This document shows, in pieces, positions 1 to 41,179 of a stretch of DNA of 64,000 bases. The stretch spans positions 560,001 to 624,000 of the forward strand of contig NC_045697.1 of assembly GCF_009834535.1 (NCBI RefSeq), in the 5' to 3' direction. The notes beneath the pieces were generated by a model that was given only the letters and a program-made list of their open reading frames with translations, was not told the origin of the DNA and ran no database searches. Each line of letters begins with the position of its first letter. The stretch's first letter is position 1. Origin of the DNA: Camelus ferus (lineage: Eukaryota). Position numbers and translations under genes: made by a program.

Positions 1-374
1 TCTTAAGTGCACAGCTCGGGAGATTAAATACATTCATAATGTGCACCCAAAACCACATCCATCCAGACTCTTTATCTTGTGAAACTGAAACTGTCCCCAT
101 TAATCAGTAACTCCAATTCCTCACTCCCGGCCCCTGGTTCCCACCACTCTCCTTTCTGCCTATGAATTTGACTCATCTGGGGGCCTCACACAAGTGGAAT
201 CAGACAGAATTTGTCCTTTGGTATCTGGCTTATTTCACTCAGCATATGTCCTCAAGGTTCATCTGCGTGGTAGCAGGTGTCAGAATTCCCTTCCTGTTCA
301 AGGCGGAGTCATATTCCATTGTGTGGCTGCCCCATGTTTTGCTTATCCATCGTCCCCTGATGGACACTTGGGCT
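1..374 (-). mobile_element. Old LINE-1 (L1M-type) 3' end fragment, antisense
   Basis: Typical antisense L1 3' text: 'tggcttatttcactcagcat..ctcaaggttcatc..gtagcaggtgtcagaattcccttcct..tattccattgtgtg..ggacacttgggctg'. Confidence 0.8.
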
Positions 375-1019
375 GCAATCCCACTCCTGGGCATACATCT
401 GGAGGGAACTCTAATTCGAAAAGACACATGCATCCCAGTGTTCACAGCAGCACTATTTACAACAGCCAAGACATGGAAGCAGCCTAAATGCCCACTGACA
501 GATGGCTAGATAAAGAAGCTGTGGTGTATTTATACAATGGAATACTACTCAGCCATAAAATGGATAAAATAATGCCACTTGCAGCAACATAGATGGACCT
601 GGAGATCATCATTCTAAGTGAAATAAGTCAGAAAGAGAAAGAAAAATACCAAATGATATCACTTATATGTGGAATCAAAAAAAAAAAAAAAGAGAGAGAC
701 ACAAATGAACTTACTTTGTACAAAACAGAAACACTCACAGACAGAGAAAACAAACTTATGGTTACCAGGGGGTAAAGGAGGTGCGAAGGGATAAACTGAG
801 AGTTTGAGATTTGCAGACACTAACTACTATATATAAAATAGATAAAAAACAAGTTTCTTCTGTATAGCACAGAGAACTATAGTCAATATCTTTTCGTAAC
901 CTATCATGAAAAAGAATATGAACAGGAATGTATGTATGTGTATGTATGACTGAAACATTATGATGTACACCAGAAATTGACACAACATTTTAAACTGACT
1001 ATACTTCAATTTAAAAAAA
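375..1019 (+). mobile_element. 5'-truncated LINE-1 (ORF2 C-terminus + 3'UTR + A tail), cetartiodactyl/camelid-type
   Basis: ORF track gives the ORF2 C-terminal peptides 'AIPLLGI..KDTCIPVFTAALFTTAKTWKQPKCP' and 'MDLEIIILSEISQKEKEKYQMISLICGI'; ends in 'ctgactatacttcaatttaaaaaaa'. Confidence 0.88.
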
Positions 1020-2255
1020 TGATGACAGATAAAAAATTAAAATATGAATAAATAAAATGGATGTGATAATAAAAAAGGAAGAATAATAAAAAGTAATTTT
1101 TAAAAGTATATTAAATTTTAGAATGATTGGAAGAACTGCATTTGCCTGAGCAAATAAGTTGCATGTGTTATGTAATATCTGTAAACACTTAAAAAGTAAA
1201 ACATGTTCTGTAAGTGCTGAAAAACAATCTCCATAGTGTAAACATATACACCTTGAAACTCAGCCATGTGGACAGATGCCCGCAGCAGCAGGAGAGGCGA
1301 TGGAAGGGCGGGAGCTGAGAGACCGTGTACAGGAAGGTTGCTTTTCCTGCCATTAAGGGTACGTCCCTTGTACTAACACATCGACACTCCACACACACCT
1401 AAATACGCAAGGCTGCATTGTGACCTGCTACATGTGTGAAGTGTCCTTACTATATCTTTCTGTGATACTCCCATAAAAATAGCAAAGCATGAACCCCATG
1501 CAGGTGGTAGGAAGCATCAATCATTTATCCCAGGTTGGACCTGGGAGATGTTTAAGTCGACATTGATGTTTGTAAATAGCCTATTTCTCCTTTTGCTCTT
1601 TTTCTTCACGATTGACATGCACTTAGAGTGGGCTGTGTTCATAGTTGTTTGACCTAAAAGTCGTAACTGAAATACTCTTAGAAACATAGGAACTTTAATA
1701 ACATATTTAAGTCACAGTTAATATAAAACGTGGGTCACCTATAGCTTTAAATCAGAAGGTAGAGGGAATTCGTTTGAATACCAACACTTTTAGTTTCAGT
1801 ATTCTGTAGCTCCTTCCACTGTTCTCAGGAACAAGACCAATAAAACTTTATAAGCAGGAACCAGTCTGAACTCATAGATCAGAAAAAATCCGAAACAACA
1901 GAAATGTCACTCAGTTTTTTTCCCCAGGCCCTTCAAGAAACTAGGCCAAATTTATAAATTATTCAATGTTCCTATTGAACAGTGATGTTTTTCTGTGTGT
2001 ACCTGTCTATACAACAAACCAAATAAGAACTCCCTAATTCTGTCAGAGTGTTGATCTGGGGTTCACTTATTAGGACTCAGGAACCTTGAACAGCACTTCA
2101 GAGTGTTCTTATACACACCCACTCACCCTGCTTTTTGCCAATTATTATGGCCAATGAATTTGGGGGTGGGGGGTGCTCAAAAAATTAGGCCTAAAGACCC
2201 TCTTACAGAGAATTCTCCATAACTGAGGAGAAACCCTTCTATGGAGAGCTGGCCA

Positions 2256-3811
2256 TGATTTGAAGCTATACCACAAAGCTATAGTAATTAAAAAAACATG
2301 GTCCTGGCATAGAAATAGACACATAGACCAATGGACCAGAACAGAGAGCCCAGAATCAACCCCCTGCATATATACTCAACTAATATTTCATAAGGGAGCC
2401 AGGAACACCCAGTAGGGAAAGAATAGTTTCCTCAGCAAACAGTGCTGAGAAACCAGAAAAACACATGCAGAAAATGAAATTGAACTCTGATCAGAGACCA
2501 CTCACAGAAGTTAACTTGAAATGCATCAGACTTAAATATAAGACCTGAAACCCTAAAACCCTTAGGAGAAAATGTAGGAAAGAAGCTCCTTGATGTTGGT
2601 CTTGGCAATGATTTTTTGGTTATGACACCAAAACCACAAGCAACAAAGGAAAAAATCAGCAAGTGGGACTGCATCAAACTCAGAGCTTCTGCAGAGCAAA
2701 GCAGCCATCAGCAAAAGGAAGAGGCAACCTATGGGGTGGGAGGAAATATTTGCAAACTATGTATCAGATAAGGGGTTAATATCCCAAATCTATTTTGAAA
2801 AACTAATACAACTCAATAACAAAACAGGGCAAAAATATTTAAAAATGGGTAGAGAGACTAGACATTTTTTGAAAGAAGACATCCAAATGATCAACAGATA
2901 CATGAAGAGATGCCCAGCATCACAAGTGATCGTGGAAACACAAATCAAAAGCACGATCAGCTATCACCTCACACCTGTTAGAATGGCAATTACTGAAAAG
3001 ACAAAGATGACAAGTGTTGGTGAGGATGTGGAGAAAAGGGAATACTTGTACGCTCTTGGTGGGATGTAAACTGGTTCAGCCACTGTGAAGAACATTATGG
3101 AAGGTCCTCAATAATTTAGAAATAGAACTACCATAAGATCCAGCAATCCCACTGTGGGTATATATCCAAAGGAAATGGAAACAGGTTACCAAGGGGACGT
3201 ATGCACTCCCACATTCACTGCAGCATTATTCACAATAGCCAAGGTGTGGAAGCAACCTAAGTGCCCATCACTGAATGAATGGATAAAGATTTGGTATGTA
3301 TATGCAATGGAATACTGTTCAGCCATGAGACAGAAATGGAAATTCTGCCATTTGCAACAATGTGGATGGACTTTGAAGGCATTATGCTAAGTGAGATGTC
3401 AGCCAGAGAAAAACAAATACTGTATGATACCTCTTTTACGTGGAATCTAAAAACAAAAACAAAATCATAAATGCAGAGAGTAAAATGGTAGTTGCCTGGG
3501 GCTGTAGGATAGGGGAATGGAGAGGTGCTCTTTAAGGGAACACACTGGAAATAGTAGGTGAATAAGTCCCAGAGACCTAAGACACAGTTCAGCGACTACA
3601 GACAATAAATCTGCCTTATAAACATTAAACTTGCTAAGTGACTAGATCTTAATTGTTCCCAACACTGGAAGAATTGATAATTACCTGGTCAATAGTGGTG
3701 TTAGCTAATGCTACAACAGCAACCATGTTGCAATACAAATGCATCAAACCAATACTCAGAACACCTTAAACTTACACAAAATGTTGCAGGCCAAATATAT
3801 CTCAAAAAAAA
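2256..3811 (+). mobile_element. Decayed LINE-1 (L1MA-like) ORF2 3' portion and 3'UTR
   Basis: Broken ORF2 peptides 'WEEIFANYVSDKGLISQIY', 'YHLTPVRMAI', 'CTPTFTAALFTIAKVWKQPKCPS'; A tail at 3804-3811; possible degenerate TSD agagctggcca / aaagttggcta. Confidence 0.88.
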
Positions 3812-4212
3812 GTTGGCTAGTTCTGTGAGCCTAGAGAGGAGACTGAATGTCTCTCCGAATGCTCAGTTGCAAGTTCCCATTGGGGAAAGAGCATTAAAAT
3901 AACTTGAGGGTCTATTCTATTGGCAATTTAGAATGCAAAGTACTTTATTTTCAAACTTCTGAAATTTGCAAATAAGGCCACCTAGGTTAAATAATAATAG
4001 TTTTCCAAAGCTGCATATGCTCATTTCAAACTCGAAGTGAAGAGTTTTTCTGCTTAAAGTACAAAAACAACTTCCTAAAACTTCTAGGCAGAACACTGCT
4101 GTTCTGATGATCTGTGATTGGATGAACTGATCAATTTCAGTTGGTAACTACCCATTTTCACCTTGGTAAGGACTTAAAAAAATTCCAGAACAGATGCATT
4201 TTTCCAGACTTA

Positions 4213-5821
<1,609 letters not shown>

Positions 5822-6205
5822 TGCGGATTAAGGAAACCTCAGCTAAAGTTGGCGTGGGGACAGGACTGTGGGCGGCACTCTCACGTCCACCATGCGTGTC
5901 AATTATCCCGAAGAGAAAGAGGCGTCTGCCTACAGCTCCTACAGGAAGGCGTCTCTACTTACTGTCCAGCAGAACGAAGACTTCCCTCCAAACTCCGACA
6001 GCCCAATCAGAGGCTGCGGCAGCGCAACCCATGGGAAGTCTCCGTACCTGGGCCCTGGCTCCTCCAGCGCCCTCTCTTCCTGTAAAAGCAAGTTCCCCTT
6101 CCTTGTTCTCCGGATCCCCGTTTGTGCAATCCAAACTGCGGCTCCTCCGCTAGTCCTGAATAAGCTCACTTCTGCTGGTGAAGTAATTGGCTGTCAGATT
6201 ATTAC
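5822..6205 (+). mobile_element. ERV1-type 3' LTR
   Basis: Starts TG right after the PPT; CCAAT box (ccaatcag ~6003), TATA-like 'tgtaaaag' ~6081, polyA-like 'gaataag' ~6158; ends near '..attaca'. The 3' boundary is approximate. Confidence 0.6.
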
Positions 6206-6465
6206 AGGTGGCAGAGGTGCGGTTGGCGTCGAGCTGTACATGCCCTCTAATTGCTTTGATGAATTCACTCACGTCGTGTGAGCAGTTCCGGAGCTTGGTT
6301 TCATCCGGGACAGCAAGCTTGTCTCGTCTGAGCATGGTTCTGTTACCACTGGGATTTTGCTAGAATGCTGCAGGGCATGGGGCCGCAGGAGGGTGAGGTC
6401 CTGGCAGCCCCACTCGGACGCAGTGGCTTTCTTGTGTCGCCTTAGCTGTTTTTCACATTAAACTT

Positions 6466-6494
6466 TATATACATACATATATATATATATATAT
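6466..6494. repeat. (TA)n / TACA microsatellite
   Basis: tatatacatacatatatatatatatatat read directly. Confidence 0.9.
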
Positions 6495-7256
6495 TTAAAG
6501 TCGTTTCAGAAATGAGTGTGAAATATGGCGTAATTTAAAAGTCTTCTCCTAACTAATGAAACCTACTTTCATCTATTTTAAAAAAGAATAAAAGGGAATA
6601 TGAATGCGAAGTACTTGAAAGGAAACTAGAGTCCGTGTGGATGCCGGGCCGCGTGTCGGGCGCGGGGGAGTCCGGGGGCGAGTCCGGACACTCCACCTCT
6701 CCTGACCAACGGGAACGGGGCTCTGCGTCCCAATCCAGCAGCCGTCCCTCTGCGGAAAGGCAGCCGGTGGAAAGCTGACATGCCCCGGTGGCCTGCGGAC
6801 ATTATGGCCACGACTACCACGAAGGGTCATGGGGGGCTCACCGCCCCGAGGGGCCACCCACGAGAGCCCAGTCACCTCCCCAGCCGCGCCCCTCGCGGGT
6901 CCCCGGCCCCCATGCCCGAAGGTGTCCTGGGCGGCCGGAGAGCAGACCCAGCTGCGTGGAGCCAAGGGAGATAACCTGGCGAAGCAGCCGTCTCGCCCCG
7001 CCTCGAGTTCAAGGAGGGACCCCGCCCAGCCGGGCTTCCCGCTGATTGGACGAAAGAGAGACAGACCGGCGGTGATTGGGTGGGGCGGACGCCTCTCGGC
7101 GCGCGCGCCACGGCCGCGCCTTCTTCCGCTGCCACAGGACGGGGGGCGGACGCGATTGGTGCAGACGCGTCGGCCCGCCCCGCCCCGTGACGTCACTACC
7201 CGGCGTGCCGCGCGCCGCGCTTCCCCTCCGCCCGCTAATGTTTTGGCCGATCCAAG

Positions 7257-34328
<27,072 letters not shown>

Positions 34329-35084
34329 GCGGCGGCGCGTCGCCCGGCAGCCGCAGGCCCTCCTGCCTGCGTCTCTGTTTCTTGCGACCAAAGATCAGTG
34401 AGCAACGACACACACTCTCGGGAAAAGAGGGAGGAAGATTTAACGAGCTCTGGCTTGATTTTGTAACAAGTCAGCTGTCTGACACTTCTGAAGCGTGCTT
34501 TCACCTTTCAGAGAAACTTTTCTTTAAAGACTGACTCAGCAGAGGGGCACTAGGACATTTCAGATAGGACTCTGTTACCTCCCGTGCGCCCACACTTCCC
34601 TCCCTCTTGCTGATGACGAACCTAGGGGAACAGGCTGGTCCTCGGCTGTGGCCCCAAAGCCGTGGCAGCCACGCCAGACTGACCTGTGGCGACTCAGTGC
34701 CACGAAGGGCCCCGTCACTTCTCTGTAGAGCTGCTGCCAAACGCCAGCCCGTGGCCTGGGCGGGGCTGGCTTCCAGGTGGCCGTCTGCCCTTGGCCGCGG
34801 CTGTGGGGCTGTTAGGATGCATAGGTCCAGTATCACGTCACTCCTGCCGCCTTACCTCCGCCTGAGAATGTACCACGTGGAAATCCACTGGACCCAGTGT
34901 CTGCAGAGGCCTTGCCGATGGTTCCATAACTTTAGCTCTAAATTCTCTTCATTACAGAAACAATAGTGCAGTTGAAATAACCACCGACGACTTTTCAAAT
35001 CAGATGAACCATTGTAGTTTATACAAGCCCGTGCGTAGAGGTTTGTACTCAGCGCTTATTTTTGCATGTTGATGTTGATTAGCT

Positions 35085-35090
35085 AATAAA
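35085..35090 (+). terminator. MAEA: MAEA polyadenylation signal
   Basis: AATAAA about 760 nt after the stop, U-rich upstream and 'gtttctactcgttctgtgtg' downstream element. Confidence 0.75.
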
Positions 35091-37079
35091 CGATAAACGT
35101 AAGACAGGCCGATAAAGGGTTTCTACTCGTTCTGTGTGAGGCACCAGCGGCTCAGCATTGCTGAGGGTCGTGTCTGCTGCTCGGCCTTCAGTCCAGGATG
35201 GAGGCCCGAGTTTGCCGTGAGCTCTGTCCCAGAGCAAACCCCAGGACCCCTTCGGCCTCGCAGGTGCCCCCCCAAGCAGTGCCTGGTAACCAGGGGCCCT
35301 CTGCAGCAGAGCAGGTGCGTGGGCCGGGAGGAGGAGCTGTGTGGGCCCCTCTGCCCTGCAGGCTCTGCTCTATGGAAGGGACTCCCCCACCTACTGCCTT
35401 GGCCCCCAGCAGTCCAGAAGCTGTCCAGTTTCCCTTTGGCGATTTCTTCTTAATTTGCACAGCTTCTGTTACCGTGGTCAGAGGGGGCTCAGCAGCAGCT
35501 GGAGGCCCCCAGGCCTGGTCAACACTGGGCACACCTGCTGGGCGGGGCACCTGCCCGGCTTCCTCAGTGCCCAGACTGGCACTCTGTGCTGTTAATCTCT
35601 GTTCCTGCTCCTGCAAATGATTCCTGCTAAGACTGCAGGTGGGCTCTGGGACCCCTCGCTAACCACTCCCTCGCCTCAGGTCAGCCGAGCTTTCTGGGTT
35701 CCTCTGCCGCCTTCCTGGCCCCACGACCAAGCTTCCCTGGCCCTTGGCCTGCCCAGGCGTCTCCCTGCAAGCTGGCGGCTGTGACTCCCTGCCTGGGTCC
35801 CAGCTCTCTGCTCCCACCAGGTGCCCACACTGACCCCTGGGCCCTGGGTCCACGTCCCCAGGAGACCACAGCCTCTAGGCCATTGCTGTGCTCTGCTTGG
35901 GGGACCAAGGATGGCAGGGCCATCTGACCTCCGTGCACAGTTGCCACCTACTGCCAGTTGGCCCCGGCACACATGTGGGCTCGTGGCCCTGTGGGGCACA
36001 GTGGGTAGAGCTGTCCTCAGGGTGATGGGCTCTTCAGAGCTGCCTGCACCCTGGAAGGGAGTGACAGGGGTCTCTGCTGGCCATGCTCCCATCATCCAAG
36101 TCAGCGTTCTGGCAACGGTGGTTTTTGGTGAGAGTGGCTCAGCCAGTTCTCAGACTTGGTGAAAACGGAACCCCAGAGCTGGCTCCCTGGGCAGTTCCCC
36201 CTTCCCCTGGATGCCTTGAGCGGTGACTTCCCTTCTTCTGCAAGCTGGTGGACTCTTGGGTTGTTTCCAGGTAAACCTGCCACAATCACTCTTGTATGTG
36301 GGACACATGCGTTTCGTGGGACGACATGGAGTTGCTGGTTGTGTGTCACTTTTACTAGACAAATGGCTGCCGTGGTCCACCTCACACCACCGCCCACCTC
36401 CCCAGGCCCCATGCCTGGGCTTCGAGTCAGACATTCTGTCGGCTGTGGGCACCAGCTCACCGTGGGCTTGTTTAATTGGGGTAAAAACGGCCTATGTTGA
36501 TAAAACTCTGAGTCAACAGCCGCGTGAGCTCTGACAAGCGCCTGGGCTAGCGAGCAGCCCAGGCACACGGCTCACCCGGTGCTCAGCTGTCCCTCTGGGT
36601 CTCATCGGCTCAGGTGAGCTCTCCATCCTGGCTTGTCTCCCCCAGGAGCGCCTGTGGTTGCTGTGGGCTGGGGCTCCTTGTCCACCGACCCCATGAGGGA
36701 CCAGGATTGGTGCCCATGAGAGTGGCGCCCATATCTCTGGACGCGCCTTCCTTTCTCCGGGCAGGGGTCTGGGACGGGCGCTGCATCCTGGTGTTGCCGT
36801 GTCTGACTCTGCAGCTGCCCGTCTCCCCCGAGTGTCCCACCCTCTTGCTCCCTCCACCCCACCCCACCCCGGCCGCCCGCCAGCACCCTTCTCTGAGTGC
36901 TGTGGGTTTTCCAGGCCGGGTCTGCATTTCTTTGACCACCTGTGATCCCAAGGTCCCTCTGGTTTGCAGAATGGTGAGTCTTTCGCCCGTTTTTTTTACT
37001 AGATTATCTCTTTTTCCCTTTTTTGGGGGAGGGTGCATAATTAGGTTTACTTATTTATTTATTAAATATACCTGAACTT

Positions 37080-39310
37080 CTGGACACTACAGAGCATTCT
37101 AGAGATGACCTGGCCCTCCAGCGCTGTGTTAAGTAGGAGGCTGAGGGTGGACGGGCTCGTCTTATTTCTGACCTTGGGTGGGTTGAGAGCGCCGTCTTTC
37201 ACTGTGAAGGGGGATGTTGGCTGTGGGCTTTTGTACATGTTCTTTTATCAGGTTGAGGAAGTCTCCCAAGAGTCATTATCATGAATTGATGTTGAACTTT
37301 GTCAAATGTTCTTTCTTCGGCTAATGAAAGTACCAGATGTTTTTCGTCTTTATTCTGTTGAAGTGGAGAATTACATTTTATAATTCTGAATTGTTCAACA
37401 AGCCTTGCATTCCTGAGATAAATCCCACCTTGTGTGTTCTGTTTTTCCATATTGCGGGGTTTGACCTGCTGGTACTTCGCTGAGCGAATCGGCCACTATG
37501 GCCTCTATCACCGTGTGACGTCTGTAGGACACGCAGTGATGCTCCCTCCCACTCCTGTGTCAGTCACTTGTTTCTTCTTAGTTTTCTCCTGCTCAGTCTA
37601 GCTAGAGTCACCTCTCTGTCGGTCACGTTTCCTATCAATTTTATAGGCCATTCCAAAGAAGCACCTTTTGGTTTAATTTTTTCCCTTGCTGTTCGACTGT
37701 TTCTGTTTGATTGGTTTCTGCTCTTTATTACGTCCTCCCTTCCGCCTACTTTGGGTTCAATTGCTCTTCTCCTTCTCACAGAGAAGGTTACATTACTGAT
37801 TTGGGTCTCTTCATTTCTAACATACACGTTCTGTACATTTTAACGCTGTTTTCATTTTCATGCAGTTCAAGCTATTTTGTAGTTTCCCTTGTGTTTTTTC
37901 CCATGACCCGGGATTATCTAGGTGTCTGCTGGCTAACTTCCAAATATTGGGAGATTTTTCCAAGCATTTTTGTTGTCAAATTCTGGTTTAATTCTGTTGC
38001 TAGGAAATACACTCTGTAAAGTTTCAATCCTTTTAAATCTATGGAGACTCGTTTCACGTCCACATCAGTGAACGTGCACTTACAAAGAGGTGTCTCGTGG
38101 CTGTCAGGGTCAGGCTGCTGGATGGAGTTTCGTGTCCTCCTGGCTTTCTCACTGCGTGACCTGTCCCTCTCAAAGAGGCTCGAAACTGGCAAGTTGTGCA
38201 AGTTGTGACTCTCTGTCCCTCTGAGTTGTCAGGTTTGCTTCTTGTGTTTTGAGTCCCTGTCATCAGGTGAAGCACACTTAGGATGTGCATTTTCTCCAGG
38301 GAGTGACCCCGTTTTCATCATGACATGACCCCCATCCCCTGCCCCCGTAATCCTCCTTGTTACCAAGTCTACTTTGGTGTGAATCCAGCCACTCTTGCTC
38401 CCGTGTTTAGTGTTCGCGCCCTGTGTTCCTTGGTCTTTTGATTTAAAGTGTGTTCCTTGTAGTCACCATACAGTTGGGTCTTTTTAATCAATTGTACACT
38501 CACCGCCTTTTAATCAGGCCTCCAGACTCTTGACATTTAATGTAATTATTGTTGCTGGTGGATTGAAGGCTATGCTTGCTGTTTTCTATTTTCCAATCTG
38601 TCCTTTGTTCCTTTTTCTCTCTTTCCCTGCCTCCTTTTGGACTATTTTTACATGATTCCCTTTTATCTTTGTTGACTTTTTAGCTATACCTCTTTGTGGT
38701 GGCTCCAGGGGGCCCGAGTAAATCTTTAACTTGTCCCTAGTACCTTCAAATTACACGATAGCACTTCATGTAAAAATGAGAACATGTGCCGCCATTTCTC
38801 CCCGTCCTTTGTGCTACTGCAGTCATATTATTTTTCTTCTGCAGACAGTACATACCCCACCATAAGTGGTTATTATGTGTCCTTTAAACGATGACTTATA
38901 GAAGACATTTAAAATAAAATAAATCGTGTATTTACACGTTTCCCATTTACAGAACTCTCTGTTCCTTTTGTGGGTCTACGCTTGTTTCACAAAAGAAATG
39001 TCTTTTATTTTCCCTCAGTTTGGTTGTGAAAGGACAGTTCACTCCGTACGGACACTGTGCTTCCTGTCACTGCTGTGAGGACCTTGTTCCGTTGTCTTCA
39101 AGCTTGTGCTGTTTTGGCCAAGAATTCTACTGTTCTCTTATCCAGGTCTTTTTCTTTCCAGCTGCTTTTGAGGCTCTGCCACTGGTTTTTGCCACAATTT
39201 GAGAAGGAAGTGCCTTGGGTGGTTTTCTTTGTGTTCCTGCTGTTTGGGGTTTGTTATCCTGAAAATCCCAGTTGGTTCTTTTACAGCCTTTTCATTCTCA
39301 CAACAATTCT
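37080..39310 (-). mobile_element. Degraded antisense L1M fragments (intergenic)
   Basis: 'ggatgttggctgtgggcttttgtacatg..tttatcaggttgaggaagt', 'ccttgcattcctgagataaatcccac', 'ctactttgggttcaattgctcttc', 'ttctggtttaattctgttg'. Confidence 0.75.
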
Positions 39311-39319
39311 CTTGGCCAG

Positions 39320-39980
39320 TTTTATTTACTTATTCAGCATTCCACAAGTGTTGAACACCTACTGTGTGCCTGACATCCTGAAACAAAAAAGATCTCTGTT
39401 CTCACCAGAGCCTACGTCCTGGGGGCAGAGGAGGAAAGAAAACCCAACACACTAATAACGAGATGGTGAGCCTGTGTGACAGAGGGTTAAGCTGCAGGAC
39501 AAAGTGGAGGAGGTTTAGAAGGTGGGGGGCAGTCATAGCAACAGAGGCGAAAGGCTGGGGAGAAAGTGCTGGGGTGGGGTAAGCAGCCTTCCATCGGAGG
39601 GGGTGGCTCCTGGAGACCAGAGTGGCTGGAGTGGCCAGTGGGGAGCAGGCGCAGAGGAGGTGGGCGGCCAGCACAGATAGGAGGGCCCTGGGGACTGATA
39701 GAAGTTTTTGTTATGGGGTTGGTGTGGGGTGAAGGGATCACATGGTCTGACCTTCTTTAGAAGGTCCCTCTGGCCGCTGCAAGGTGCATGGCCTCTTGGG
39801 GTCCAAGTGCAAGAGTGGGGAAAGGGGAGTGACAGCGGTGACCCACTTATGGGGTGGCAGCAGCGACCTGGTGGTGGCAGTGGGGTGACGGGAAGGACTC
39901 AGATTCCTGAGTGGACTGGACATGGGGTAAGAGGAAGAGGGGTTCCGGGGGACTCCAAGATCATTGGCCCGAGTGAATGG
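39320..39980 (-). mobile_element. L2 LINE remnant
   Basis: L2 3' end 'tttatttacttattcagcattccacaagtgttgaacacctactgtgtgcc' followed by purine-rich L2-like text. Confidence 0.6.
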
Positions 39981-41179
39981 ATAGACGTCTGTCCATCAGC
40001 TGAGACGTGAGGGCAGGGGCACGTCGCTCAGGCAGTGCGGGACAGGAGGCTGGCCTGGACCACGCAAGCCCCACAGGCAACTTGGGCAGTGCAGGAGGGA
40101 ACAAGGGAACGGACAGCTCTCTAGGAATTCTGGGGCAATGGGCTGGGGAGGGAAGTTGGATAAAAAAGGTTTTGTTAGGACAGAAGCAGCGCTGTTGAGC
40201 TGATGGGAAATGTAATTACACTGTAGGGGGAATTACACAAGAAAGGGGAACTGCTGATGGGTGCCTGGAGCCGGGCTCACAGGGAGGGCTGGCGGCCTGG
40301 GTCCATGTGGCTTCCCTCTTTCTGAAGAGCTACTCACAGATCTAATCCACATGCCACAAGAGCCACCCTTCAGAACGCACAACTCAATGTTCCAGCCTGG
40401 TGATGAGGTTGCACAGCTCTGTCTAATTCCAGCTCACGCTGTCACCCCGACAGAATTCCTGTGCCATCAGCAGCCCCATCCCTTCCCTCTCTGCCCCTGG
40501 CAACCACAAGTCTGCTTTGGAGTTGACTTTTCCAGACGTTTTGTGTATGTGGAATCACAACACTTGGCCTTTTTGACCACCTTCTCTCACTTAGGGTCGT
40601 GTTTCTGAAGTCCATCCACGTCCGTTTTAAGGCTGCAGACAGTCGCGTTTGTTCACCATTGTCTGCTGATGGACACTGAGCTGTTTCTACTCAGCAGTGC
40701 CTCTACGGCCACGGCGTCCACACTTTGGGGTGGGCCTGTCTTTGGTGCCCTCACCCCTCTCTGCCCCTACCCCAGGCCCTCCCTAAGAGAACATCCAGCC
40801 TGCCCCCTGACACCTGCTGGTGCTGCCCCGTGTACACTAATGCTCCCTGGCCTCCTCGCTGGGTCAAGCCAGACCTTCCTGGGGGAGGGCAGGGGCAAGG
40901 GCTGGAGGAGGAGGGGTGAGGGCACAAACTGGGTTGGGGCACCCAGCCTGTGTCAAGACCCCGAAGCTGCAGCACTGAACAGGACGTGAGAGGAGGGCTA
41001 GCCGGGCTGCGTGGCTGTGAGGCCCCTGGGGCTGTGTTGGGGCAGGTGCTCTGAGCCGGGGAGGTGGCGGGCAGAGCCCCAAGGGGCGGTGAGGGGTAAA
41101 TATTTCATGACGGCCCGGCTGCCAGTGGGTCTGCCTGAAGGAAGTTCATGTGCCGGGGAACACTTGGTGCACGCGTCCA

